Source: Nostoc sp. PCC 7120 = FACHB-418
Lineage (GTDB): Bacteria; Cyanobacteriota; Cyanobacteriia; Cyanobacteriales; Nostocaceae
Assembly: GCF_000009705.1 (NCBI RefSeq)
Contig: NC_003276.1
Location: 150,001-182,000, forward strand
DNA length: 32,000 nt
Direction: 5' to 3'
This document shows positions 1 to 8,771 of this stretch, piece after piece. Numbering within the stretch: position 1 is the stretch's first letter; each line of letters starts with the position of its first letter. The notes beneath the pieces are model-generated. The model did no database searches, was not told where the DNA came from, and worked only from the letters and a program-made list of their open reading frames with translations. Position numbers and translations under genes: made by a program.

Positions 1-1
1 T

Positions 2-187
2 TGTTCTCGTTGTGGGCATATCCACTATTCATTAGGCGGACAAAAAATCTTTAAATGTTCCAATTGCGGCAATCATCTACCGCGAGATTGGAATGGAGCC
101 TTGGGGAATTTCCTCAAGGCGTTGTGGGATACCACCTTGCTGAACTCAGCAAGCTTTGATTGCGTTCAGATGACAGTCTTTGTCTAG
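2..187 (+). CDS. tnpB: TnpB-like RNA-guided endonuclease, C-terminal fragment (5' end lies outside the window)
   Basis: Frame 2 reads CSRCGHIHYSLGGQKIFKCSNCGNHLPRDWNGALGNF... to TAG at 185-187. This is a CxxC...CxxC zinc ribbon followed by an RD-N-A RuvC-III motif, the usual TnpB C-terminus. Confidence 0.7.
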   Translation, partial: CSRCGHIHYSLGGQKIFKCSNCGNHLPRDWNGALGNFLKALWDTTLLNSASFDCVQMTVFV

Positions 188-405
188 CAATGTCCAATCT
201 TGAAGTATCAGTTCAGCAATCCGTATATATCTACGCTTGCCATGATCCAGTTGTTTTTGAAGGGCTGAAGGCGGCAGTTGAGGAGTTCTTTGCTCACCCG
301 AACCCAACTGCTGCACTACGGCAGGCTGGCGCTTTCTCTAACAAAAAGCGAATGAAACTTGTTAAATAGTGAAAAGCAACCGCACAGTAATTGACACTCT
401 CGCCG

Positions 406-1617
406 CTAACCGCAAAGCAGTGTAGCGGGAGATTCTTGCTTCTCAGAAACACGCTTTTTGGCACAAGTACCAACGAGTCTTACTGTTTCTCCGCAAGCTT
501 GAATTTCTGCGTGTCCCGCAGTATTTGTTTCTAGTATTCTTATCCCTTCTGTCCTCAAGTTCCGTGAAGCATTTTCATCTCTGTCGTGGGTTGTTTGGCA
601 ACTTGGACAAATCCACTCACGGATACTTAAATTCAGCAAATTATTCTTATGACCGCAGCATGAACAAAGTTTTGAACTGGGAAAGAATCTGTCAACTTGA
701 ACAAATTTACCTCCTTCTCTTTCCAGTTTGTAGCTGATGAAATTAAGCAGCATACCAAAACCAGCATCATGTATTGACTTAGCTAATTTGGTACGTGCTA
801 GACCTTTAACGCAAAGGTTCTCAGCTACTATGATTTGGTTATCATCAACTAACTTTCGTGAGAGTTTATGGAGAAAATCTTGTCTAGTGTTTGATATTTT
901 TTCGTGAACTTTCGCAACTACTTTAATTGCTTTTCGTCTGTTGTTAGACCCCTTGACCTTACGAGATAAAGCTTTTTGTCTAATTCGCAGTCGTTTTGCA
1001 TATTTTCTGGTGGGTTTGATTGGGTCAACCTTGTAACAAGTTTCACCATCAAACACAGTTATTAAACTGGTTAGTCCTAAATCAATTCCTGATATTTTGC
1101 CTTGCTTGTTGTTTGTTAAATCTTTGGCTTCAAATAAGAGTGCAGCAAAATATTTACCTGTACTTGTCTTGGAAACAGTTACAGATTTGATTTTGCTATT
1201 AATTTTTTTTGAAAGACTGACTTTAACAATCCCAAGCTTAGGTAGTTTTAAACCACTATCTTTAATCGAACAACTCTCAGGGAATCGGATGGACTGTTTA
1301 GAATGCTTGCTTTTGAATTTTGGAAATCCAGCACGTTTAGAGAAAAAGTTTTTAAACGCAGATTCCAAATTCTTGAGTGACTGTTGTAGAACGGCAGCAG
1401 TTGGTTCTTGCAACCATTCATAATCAGACAGTTTCTTCAACTGGGTAAGGTCTTTAGCCATCTGGCAGTAAGTCATACCTTTACCAGTTTCTTCATATTG
1501 AGTATTGGTTTTATTGAGGTAGAAATTCCAAACAAAGCGAGAACAACCAAAGCTTTTAGCTAAGGATATTTCTTGCTCTTTGTTTGGATAAATTCTGACC
1601 TTCAGTACGTCTAACAT
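406..1617 (-). CDS. tnpB: IS200/IS605-family TnpB (OrfB) RNA-guided endonuclease
   Basis: The track ORF is 406..1677. The family-typical start MLDVLKVRIYPNKEQE is the ATG at 1617. RuvC-I GIDLGLTS, RuvC-II VAENL, zinc ribbon CSCCGH...CPSCQ and RuvC-III RDENASRNL are all present. It is divergent from tnpA at 1722. Confidence 0.9.
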   Translation of the reverse strand: MLDVLKVRIYPNKEQEISLAKSFGCSRFVWNFYLNKTNTQYEETGKGMTYCQMAKDLTQLKKLSDYEWLQEPTAAVLQQSLKNLESAFKNFFSKRAGFPKFKSKHSKQSIRFPESCSIKDSGLKLPKLGIVKVSLSKKINSKIKSVTVSKTSTGKYFAALLFEAKDLTNNKQGKISGIDLGLTSLITVFDGETCYKVDPIKPTRKYAKRLRIRQKALSRKVKGSNNRRKAIKVVAKVHEKISNTRQDFLHKLSRKLVDDNQIIVAENLCVKGLARTKLAKSIHDAGFGMLLNFISYKLEREGGKFVQVDRFFPSSKLCSCCGHKNNLLNLSIREWICPSCQTTHDRDENASRNLRTEGIRILETNTAGHAEIQACGETVRLVGTCAKKRVSEKQESPATLLCG

Positions 1618-1721
1618 CAATATATTTTTGAGAAACTTATGAGGCAGTGTGGTCTTGGGGGTTTCCTCCATGAACAACTGCCGGTGGTAATATACTGCTT
1701 ACCGCTAACTCTTGTCAATAT

Positions 1722-2126
1722 ATGTACCATCATGGTTTTAGGTCTGTTTACAGACTTAACGCTCATATCGTTTTAGTTGTGAAGTACCGCAGAAAAGCTA
1801 TTAATGCAGAAATCCTAAACAGGTTGAAAGAAATAATCACAGATACCCTTAAAAAATGGGATTGTGAACTGTTAGAGTTTAACGGTGAACCAGATCATGT
1901 TCACATATTAATTGACTACAAACCAGATAAACCGCTATCAACATTGATTGGAAATATCAAAACAGTGAGTAGCAGGTTAATACGTAAAGAGTTCCCCTCG
2001 TTGGCTAAAAAATACTTCTACAACAAGCCTTACTTTTGGACTGGTGCGTATTTTGTGGCTAGTTGTGGTGGTGTCACAGTTGAGCAATTAAAGAATTACC
2101 TTGAGAACCAAGAACAACCAAAATAA
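1722..2126 (+). CDS. tnpA: IS200/IS605-family Y1 (HUH) transposase TnpA
   Basis: 134 aa with the HUH motif (PDHVHILIDY) and the catalytic-Tyr region (YFWTGAYFVASCGG). Confidence 0.9.
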   Translation: MYHHGFRSVYRLNAHIVLVVKYRRKAINAEILNRLKEIITDTLKKWDCELLEFNGEPDHVHILIDYKPDKPLSTLIGNIKTVSSRLIRKEFPSLAKKYFYNKPYFWTGAYFVASCGGVTVEQLKNYLENQEQPK

Positions 2127-2232
2127 TGATTCGCTGCGCTCAATTTTATACTGGTCGCAATTCATCATCCCGTTAAGCTTCGCTGTAACGGGAGTCCTCT
2201 TGCTCCATTAAGATAGAGCGGATAGAGGTAAT

Positions 2233-2820
2233 TCATGCTTCAGATTTCGTCTGACTAGCTTTTTTCGAGACAGCAATTGCACCAACTCCAAATAATAGAC
2301 CTAGTAGGGAACTGGGTTCTGGTACTGATGTAGATGAAGAACTCAGGGTAATATTGGCAGCAGAATCTTGATAGATGTATGTTCCTGCCCGTCCCACTTC
2401 ACCCGTCAAGCTAATTTCAGAGCTTGAAGTTCTTTCTAAGGTATATCTAGGAGCATCAAAAGCAATGCCAAAATCAACCACTAAATTCCAATTCGACCTA
2501 GAATCAAGCTCAAAATCAACATCTGGGGTTAAGTTACCGCCATTAGTAGATCCTGGATTCAAATTCAGGTCTAGATTGTTAACGTTCAGCTCCCAATCGC
2601 TCAAAGTCCCGTCCTTTGAGTAAACCACGAATCCCGAATATTCGCTCTCGAATGGCAAAGAGTTCGTAAGGAATGGGCTAGTAGTATCAACTAAGGTAAA
2701 ATTACCTGAAAATTCTTGTCTAGTTAGAATTGCTCCCAGCACAGGAGTAGCATGAAATACGCTTGCAACTACCAAACCAATCACGGCAACGCTAACTTTG
2801 GGGAGTCGAACTTGATTCAT
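2233..2820 (-). CDS. PEP-CTERM sorting-domain secreted protein
   Basis: N-terminal signal peptide (MNQVRLPKVSVAVIGLVVASVFHA). The C-terminus VPEPSSLLGLLFGVGAIAVSKKAS gives a PEP motif, a hydrophobic helix and a basic tail. Confidence 0.8.
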   Translation of the reverse strand: MNQVRLPKVSVAVIGLVVASVFHATPVLGAILTRQEFSGNFTLVDTTSPFLTNSLPFESEYSGFVVYSKDGTLSDWELNVNNLDLNLNPGSTNGGNLTPDVDFELDSRSNWNLVVDFGIAFDAPRYTLERTSSSEISLTGEVGRAGTYIYQDSAANITLSSSSTSVPEPSSLLGLLFGVGAIAVSKKASQTKSEA

Positions 2821-2875
2821 GGATTGGGTATGGTATCTAAAATTGTTGAAGGTATGCTATCACATCCGTCAATGA

Positions 2876-2910
2876 CCCGCCGCTAAATCTTTTTAGATTC
2901 TAGCGGCGGG
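2876..2910 (-). terminator. Stem-loop downstream of the 2917..3429 ORF (possible terminator, no clear U-tract)
   Basis: CCCGCCGCTA (2876-2885) pairs with TAGCGGCGGG (2901-2910). The inner AATCT/AGATT extends the stem. Confidence 0.35.
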
Positions 2911-2916
2911 AGGATG

Positions 2917-3429
2917 TCAAAGATTGATCGTGAGGATTTTTTTCTGGCTTTTTTTGTCGCTCAACACGACTGTATTGTAGGGTAATGTATCCGTTCCCAG
3001 AGGAATTGGCAGCTTAAAACTGGGGCTTTTATGATCGAGTTCCCCTAAATCAATGCTTTTCCTTATATCACCATCTGTTGCAAGATTCGCGGTAAGTTCG
3101 CCTTTATAATTTTCAATTAAAAAGTCTCTAAAGAAAACGACTTCCCCAGCATCAGGATCTATACCAAGGATGACCGTACCGCTAAAAGTTGCGCCTTTTC
3201 GTTCTTCATCAACCGTTGCCATTGGGATTTCCGAGGGGTTTTGACCGGACATATCTGCCATAAACTTTTTCCTGGACGAATTCTCAACAATTGAAAATGA
3301 TTTTACAAGAGCGCTATGGGCGATCGCAAAACTCTCAGGACGTATTTCTGCATCGGTCTTGCAAATGTATAACCAAGTTACGGGAGTTGACCCTGCCATT
3401 GCATCCATCAGTCTTGGTGCAGTACGCAA
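2917..3429 (-). CDS. Hypothetical protein (start uncertain; the ATG at 3261 follows an AGGA-like site)
   Basis: Open frame only; I recognise no motif. The HIP1 site at 3320-3327 lies in the N-terminal extension. Confidence 0.4.
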   Translation of the reverse strand: MRTAPRLMDAMAGSTPVTWLYICKTDAEIRPESFAIAHSALVKSFSIVENSSRKKFMADMSGQNPSEIPMATVDEERKGATFSGTVILGIDPDAGEVVFFRDFLIENYKGELTANLATDGDIRKSIDLGELDHKSPSFKLPIPLGTDTLPYNTVVLSDKKSQKKILTINL

Positions 3430-3890
3430 ATTTCAGATTAAGCCAATCTCTGGCAGACCCACAGACAGATTTCTGGTTGGAACACGGCAGCCTACTTTTG
3501 ATGCACCCTGGTTGCCAATCTACGCATCTGCACCAACTACCGAAGACAAATAAGGTTGTTGGCACTCGTATCAATCTTACCTTTCGTCCACATACAGGCG
3601 GTAAAAGATAAGACCAAAAAATCCTAAACGGAGGTTTTCTGCATCAGCCTAATGATAGACGTTTATCAATTTGTATGAGGGTTAATTGCTTGGTTAATTA
3701 GAAAATATAATTTCTCAAACCATTACCTTACAATGCTTTCTGGCTTTAATACCCTAATTGATGAGAATACTTGCCCTTAGTTAGATTGTTTAAATCTGCG
3801 TTACAGGTTAGATTAACTCAAAATATTAGTACATGGGTACTGTTAAAGATTTAGCTCTCATTCATAAAACTTAGATATTTATCACACACT

Positions 3891-4133
3891 TTGGTTGCCA
3901 AACATAGAGACAGAATAACAAGATTCGGCTTGAATTATATTAAGCTTCTGTTATCAGCCACAGGTAAAAGACTAGAGATTGTGAATGATGCTGACAACGG
4001 AAAAGATGAGCTAATGCAGGATTTAGTTTCTGTAATTACCTCATTTGTGCAACGCATTTATGGATTGCGAAGAGCAAAGCGTAAAACGGAGAAAATCATA
4101 GCAGAACTGCATCGCAATGGAGCAGAAGAATGA
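3891..4133 (+). pseudogene. tnpA: IS607-family serine-recombinase TnpA, C-terminal remnant (N-terminal HTH and catalytic Ser region missing)
   Basis: ..KHRDRITRFGLNYIKLLL..IEIVN..DELMQDLVSVITSFVQRIYGLRRAKRKTE matches the C-terminal part of IS607 TnpA. Upstream sequence is AT-rich with stop codons. There is a 4-bp ATGA overlap with tnpB at 4130-4133. Confidence 0.75.
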
Positions 4134-5356
4134 GATTAGTAGAGCGTCATATTGTCAAAACAAATCATCAATTTTACAAAGAAATAGATGATTTAGCATG
4201 GCGTTCTAAGAATCTGTATAACTACGTCAACTATTTAGTTCGGCAATCATTCATTTTTGACGGTAAGTATCTCAATAATGCAGCCATATTCCATCTAGTA
4301 AAACACCATGAATCATACACAGCTTTGCCAAGAAAGGTAAGCAATCAAGTATTGATGGTGTTGCACCGGAATTGGAAATCATTTTTTGAGACACACAAAG
4401 CTTACAAGCAAAACCCGTCAAAGTTCAAAGGTTGTCCGAAATTGCCCAAGTACAAAAATAAAGAAAAGGGGCGAAATATCGTAATTTATGAACTTGGTGC
4501 AATTTCAAAACCGTTACTAAAACAAGGAGTAATCAAATTATCTCAAACTGAAATCCAATTTCCCACAAAAGCCAGCAACATTCAGCAAGTGCGCCTAATT
4601 CCCCAGTGCGGACAGTATGTAGTTGAAGTGGTGTATTTGCAAGACGCAACGCCACAACAATTAAATCCTGATTGGGTAGCTGGTATTGATATCGGATTAG
4701 ATAATTTAGCGGCGTTAACTTCAAACAAGCCCGGATTCAAACCAGTTCTTGTTAACGGACGACCACTAAAAGCTATCAACCAACAATATAACAAAGCTAA
4801 AGCTCGTCTGCAATCTCAACTCAAGGGTAACGCTAAAACATCACGCCGGATTCAAGCATTAACTTGCAAGCGTAACAACCGGATTGATAATTATCTGCAC
4901 AATGCCAGCCGATGGATTATTAATCACTTAGCTAGTGCGGGTATTGGTACATTGGTGATTGGTAAAAATGACCAATGGAAACAAGAAATTAATCTGGGTA
5001 CAACAACTAATCAGAACTTCGTGAGTATTCCTCATGCGCGGTTTATTGAGCAGTTAAAATACAAAGCTGAATTAGTTGCTATGACCGTTTTGATTAACGA
5101 AGAAAGCTATACATCGGCTTCATCATTCTTGGACTTAGATCCAATCCCAGTTTATCAAGAAGGCGTGAAACATAGTTTTAGTGGCAAGAGAATCAAAAGG
5201 GCTTGGTACCAATCTGCTAATGGAAGATTTATCCATGCAGATATTAACGCTAGTCTGAATATAACAAGAAAGGTAGTCCCTGCGGCTTTTAGCTTAGGGA
5301 TAGCGGGTATTGCAGTTTGCCCTTCTCGGATTACTCCGGGTAAAGTAGCGATTTAG
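4130..5356 (+). CDS. tnpB: IS607-type TnpB RNA-guided endonuclease lacking a zinc ribbon
   Basis: 408 aa. RuvC-I GIDIGLDNLAA, RuvC-II INEESYTS and RuvC-III HADINASLNI are present. There are no Cys pairs between RuvC-II and RuvC-III (SYTSASSFLDLDPIP...). Confidence 0.9.
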   Translation: MRLVERHIVKTNHQFYKEIDDLAWRSKNLYNYVNYLVRQSFIFDGKYLNNAAIFHLVKHHESYTALPRKVSNQVLMVLHRNWKSFFETHKAYKQNPSKFKGCPKLPKYKNKEKGRNIVIYELGAISKPLLKQGVIKLSQTEIQFPTKASNIQQVRLIPQCGQYVVEVVYLQDATPQQLNPDWVAGIDIGLDNLAALTSNKPGFKPVLVNGRPLKAINQQYNKAKARLQSQLKGNAKTSRRIQALTCKRNNRIDNYLHNASRWIINHLASAGIGTLVIGKNDQWKQEINLGTTTNQNFVSIPHARFIEQLKYKAELVAMTVLINEESYTSASSFLDLDPIPVYQEGVKHSFSGKRIKRAWYQSANGRFIHADINASLNITRKVVPAAFSLGIAGIAVCPSRITPGKVAI

Positions 5357-5452
5357 GATATTTGTCCATAAATCTACTAACTGTCAGTCACTAATAATAT
5401 AGATATACAAACTCAAGTTGCTGACACAACACCACTCCCCAGTAATCAGGGT

Positions 5453-5680
5453 ATGGACGGGCAAGACAACCTCACTGATTCATGGTGGGGGCAGGTCAAA
5501 TCTTACGCTACGCTTGCGATGCCACGGGTAGAGCATGGGGTGGATTCGGTCAGAGAGTTCCTCAGTACCCTTACAAGTGACGAGCGTTGGGGCGTGATGA
5601 TGGCGATTGATGAAACACAGCCGCAGTTGTTTGAGCAGTTGGTGGCACAGGCTCCCGATTGGGTGCTTTGGTTGGGGTGA
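5453..5680 (+). CDS. Hypothetical 75-aa protein; its last ~20 codons form one copy of a direct repeat
   Basis: Open frame only. Its 3' end (5619-5680) is duplicated at 6361-6422. Confidence 0.4.
   Translation: MDGQDNLTDSWWGQVKSYATLAMPRVEHGVDSVREFLSTLTSDERWGVMMAIDETQPQLFEQLVAQAPDWVLWLG
5619..5680 (+). repeat. Direct repeat copy 1 (left flank of the TA cassette)
   Basis: AGCCGCAGTTGTTTGAGCAGTTGGTGGCACAGGCTCCCGATTGG... matches 6361-6422 with 3 mismatches in 62 nt by my manual count. Confidence 0.9.
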
Positions 5681-5694
5681 AGGGTTGGGTTAGC

Positions 5695-6030
5695 TTAAAG
5701 CTCTTCATCCAATTCACTAAGTATATTTGCTAAATCCCTTGCTCCATGAAATACCCGAAGAATTTCAATCGTAGTATTTTGAATACGATAAAAAACTAAA
5801 TAATCCTGAAAATCCTTGACACGCCATTGTCGGATTTCACCTAATTTCGATACCACCAACTGCGTTACCTTCCCCATTCCAGGATTCTTTTGCAACTGAG
5901 CAAATGTCGTTTCGGCAGCATTTAAAAATTTAACAGCCACATCTGCATTCCCATTGACTAATATGTAGTTGGCTAGGTGCCGCAAATCTTCGGTTGCCCG
6001 GTCTTTGATGATCAACCGATAGTTCATCAC
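5695..6030 (-). CDS. parE: Type II toxin, RelE/ParE family
   Basis: ~110 aa. It overlaps the upstream antitoxin gene by 4 bp. The sequence pattern (YRLII..A..DL..I..YI....A..F......L...P..G......G.R.W.V..Y.VFYR......I.I.RV.HGARD) is ParE-like. Confidence 0.85.
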   Translation of the reverse strand: MMNYRLIIKDRATEDLRHLANYILVNGNADVAVKFLNAAETTFAQLQKNPGMGKVTQLVVSKLGEIRQWRVKDFQDYLVFYRIQNTTIEILRVFHGARDLANILSELDEEL

Positions 6031-6284
6031 TCACCTGAATCACTTAAGCTGTTCTCTCCTAAAATGGTGCAACGCAAATTCTGCCAGTATTCGGGTGTTA
6101 CTTCCTGACCTGGAGAATCAATGCCTTCTTTCAAAAGTGCTTCTAAATTCGCTTGCGCTTTGTGTTTTTGGTCTTGTTTAACTAAAGCTAGGAAGTATTC
6201 GCCAATACTGTTATAAGCACCTGTCACCACTTGTGCCTCCACATAAACGCGTACTTCATCAGGTATATCAATATTGATATTCAT
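6027..6284 (-). CDS. parD: Type II antitoxin, ParD-like
   Basis: 85 aa, located upstream of and overlapping the ParE-like toxin gene. N-terminal MNINIDIPDEVRVYVEAQV.. followed by ...EALLKEGIDS fits ParD/COG3609-type antitoxins. Confidence 0.8.
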   Translation of the reverse strand: MNINIDIPDEVRVYVEAQVVTGAYNSIGEYFLALVKQDQKHKAQANLEALLKEGIDSPGQEVTPEYWQNLRCTILGENSLSDSGE

Positions 6285-6360
6285 TGGCTTTCAAGCATGA
6301 CTACTCTAATTATTTTAGCCGACCCTTTCGTTACGGGTTGATAGGGAATAAAAGAGAATG

Positions 6361-6422
6361 AGCCGCAGTTGTTTGAGCAGTTGGTGGCACAGGCTCCCGA
6401 TTGGATGCTGTGGTTGGGGTAA
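6361..6422 (+). repeat. Direct repeat copy 2 (right flank of the TA cassette), an orphan 3'-end copy
   Basis: It keeps the same reading frame and stop codon as copy 1 (..PQLFEQLVAQAPDWMLWLG*), but an in-frame TAG lies a few codons upstream. Confidence 0.9.
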
Positions 6423-6624
6423 GTTTTGGATTTGGGGCGATGTATGCGGCAACGTCAGAGGCGAACGCGCCGAGGCTCAGATGAACTACCCCTGGCTACT
6501 TCTCCGAGGAAGGAAATTACGCGAAATTTGTTAAATTGTTAAAATATATTGAAAGCAGTCCTCAACACAAAATCACTCAAAAGACTCTAATTTTTTCTAG
6601 AACAAGGAGCAACAATTACTCTTC

Positions 6625-8514
6625 ATGTTCAACCTGCGTGATTACCAACAAGATTTAATTTCAAAAACTTTTGCTGCGTGGTCTAGTGGAATTAGAAAGG
6701 TATTATTACAACTTAGTACAGGTGGTGGCAAGACAGTCATTTTTGCGGAGATCGCATCTAAGATGACAGCCCAAGGTGAAGGTGTATTAGTAGTTGCTCA
6801 CAGAGAAGAGTTAATTCTCCAAGCAGCAGAAAAACTGACAGCCGTGACCAAATTGCAGCCAGGAATCATCAAGGCTGGTTACAAATCTACTGACTCGCCC
6901 CTTCAGATAGCAAGTATCCAAACTCTTGCTCGTCGTCAAACTTATCCATCTGCACAACTAGTCATTATTGATGAAGCTCATCATTCTAGTGCTAACAGTT
7001 ACCGTAAATTACTAGACGCTTACCCCCATGCACTAGTTTTAGGGTTGACAGCCACACCAAGAAGAGAAGACGGATATGGATTGCGAGATATTTTTGATCA
7101 CCTAATTTGCTCTGTGTCTACCAAAGAATTAATCACTTTGGGGTATTTAACAGACTATAAGTTAATCGCTGGTTTTAAATATTCTCGACATAAAGTTCCT
7201 CAAAAACGCGACTTTACTAGAAAAGAATTAGAAGAAGTTGCTTCTGACTACAAACCATCTGAGGTGTTAAAACAGTGGCAGAATTTTTGTGCTGGTAAGA
7301 AGACAGTAATTTTTGCTGTTAACGTTATGCACTCCAAACAAATTGCCGCAGCATTTTGCGCTGATGGCATCACCTGCGAACATCTTGATGGTGAAACGCC
7401 CCATAATGAGCGTCAAGCCATTTTAAACCGATTTCGTAGTGGACAAACACAAGTTATCAGCAATTGTGCAATTTTAACTGAGGGTTTTGATTGCCCCGAC
7501 TCTAGTGCTGCCGTCATTGCTAGGCCAACCAGTAGCGTTACTCTCTGGTTACAGATGATTGGTAGAGTATTACGTCCTGCACCGGGAAAAGATTATGCCA
7601 CTATCTTAGACATGACTGATAACTGGTTTCGGCTAGGTCGTCCCTGCGACAATAGAAAATGGAGCCTTGAGCCAGTTTCTTGCGACCCAGATACTCAAGG
7701 AAGCAGGTGTTGCCCTCATTGCCACCATGTTTTCAAGCCAATGCCTAGTCTGATTCGCACCAAAGATTGCTTTAGTTATGAAAAAGCCGAATTTGTCATT
7801 CAATATGAGGTAGATTGCCCCAATTGTGGCAAATCTTTTAGATGGGTATTAGAAGAATCTTCTACTATAGAAAATTCTGGCGTGCCGATGATTATTTCTG
7901 AATCTGATATTCAGTTTAAAGAAGTACCACCCGAAGTCCGTCCATCTTTACTCACGCCAATTATTGAAGCTAAAAAGCGCAAGTTTAGAAATCAAGAAAA
8001 GAAATTAGTATTTTATGGTTTTACGGTTAGAGATTGGTTTTTAAATTGCCAAGAACTAACTCTTAGTGAGCTAAATTATGCTATTGAGCTACTTGAGTGT
8101 CCAGAACAAACATTTGAATTAAGTATAGAATCTTTAGTCTACCGTCTACGAAATGCTCAAGAATGGACAGACATCACCAAAATTATGTCTGAGCGTCCTG
8201 AAAGTATAAAAAAACTTATTTGGAGTAGATTATCCCATTACGAAAAAAATAAGTTTAAAAAGATGAAGGCTGATTATGAAAATCTGATTAATGAACTTCA
8301 GGATTGGTTAACTGAAGAAAATCTAGCATTAGTCGCGGATTATTTGTCAGATTGTCAAGACATCAGCATGATTTCTTCTTTGCGTGAAATTTATCACAAA
8401 TTAATTATTAAAGCAGCCATTGACCGTGTATCTCAAGATAAACGCGACCAAATCAGTCAGTGGGTTGCACAATTAGAGAGGCGAACAGAATTTAAAAACT
8501 TGTATTTCAGTTGA
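6625..8514 (+). CDS. SF2 DEAD/DEAH-box (ResIII/RadD-like) helicase with a C-terminal zinc ribbon and an unknown ~200-aa helical domain
   Basis: Motif I STGGGKT, motif II DEAH, motif III TATP and motif VI QMIGRVLR are present, followed by CCPHCHH...CPNCGKSF. I recognise nothing in the C-terminal third. Confidence 0.85.
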   Translation: MFNLRDYQQDLISKTFAAWSSGIRKVLLQLSTGGGKTVIFAEIASKMTAQGEGVLVVAHREELILQAAEKLTAVTKLQPGIIKAGYKSTDSPLQIASIQTLARRQTYPSAQLVIIDEAHHSSANSYRKLLDAYPHALVLGLTATPRREDGYGLRDIFDHLICSVSTKELITLGYLTDYKLIAGFKYSRHKVPQKRDFTRKELEEVASDYKPSEVLKQWQNFCAGKKTVIFAVNVMHSKQIAAAFCADGITCEHLDGETPHNERQAILNRFRSGQTQVISNCAILTEGFDCPDSSAAVIARPTSSVTLWLQMIGRVLRPAPGKDYATILDMTDNWFRLGRPCDNRKWSLEPVSCDPDTQGSRCCPHCHHVFKPMPSLIRTKDCFSYEKAEFVIQYEVDCPNCGKSFRWVLEESSTIENSGVPMIISESDIQFKEVPPEVRPSLLTPIIEAKKRKFRNQEKKLVFYGFTVRDWFLNCQELTLSELNYAIELLECPEQTFELSIESLVYRLRNAQEWTDITKIMSERPESIKKLIWSRLSHYEKNKFKKMKADYENLINELQDWLTEENLALVADYLSDCQDISMISSLREIYHKLIIKAAIDRVSQDKRDQISQWVAQLERRTEFKNLYFS

Positions 8515-8771
8515 TATACATAATTGTGATTTGAAATAAAAAATGAGATTTTAACTCATGATATGGATTCAAAGCATAATCACTGATATTGTTTCTTTGT
8601 AGCTTTGAGGAAATCAATTTATTGAAGTATTTGATAAAAACTGGCAGAATTATCCCAGAAAGTAGCTTGAGAAATCATGCTTACTTGAGGCTTAACTTAT
8701 CTACATATTCTACTATTAAACAATTGACATCCTCCCAGCACGCCACTACGTTTTGTGCGGGGATTCCCACA

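Larger units (their letters stand above)
395..2195. mobile_element. IS605-type insertion sequence with divergent tnpA and tnpB (ends approximate)
   Basis: Complete tnpA plus tnpB. Subterminal hairpins of matching design lie at 403-428 (CCGCTA-N14-TAGCGG) and 2169-2192 (CCCGTTA-N10-TAACGGG). I did not determine the exact cleavage sites. Confidence 0.55.

Noticed and set aside
160-369. A 69-aa plus-strand ORF between the two convergent TnpB genes
   Set aside because: It lies wholly in the region that should hold the right ends and omega-RNA scaffolds of the two elements. It starts inside the TnpB coding tail and has no recognisable motif, so it is most likely not a gene.
3430-3890. A 460-bp gap with overlapping short ORFs (3335-3574, 3359-3553) upstream of the IS607 remnant
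   Set aside because: The ORFs overlap one another in different frames and have no motifs. The right half is AT-rich and full of stop codons. It is probably the deletion scar and intergenic DNA.
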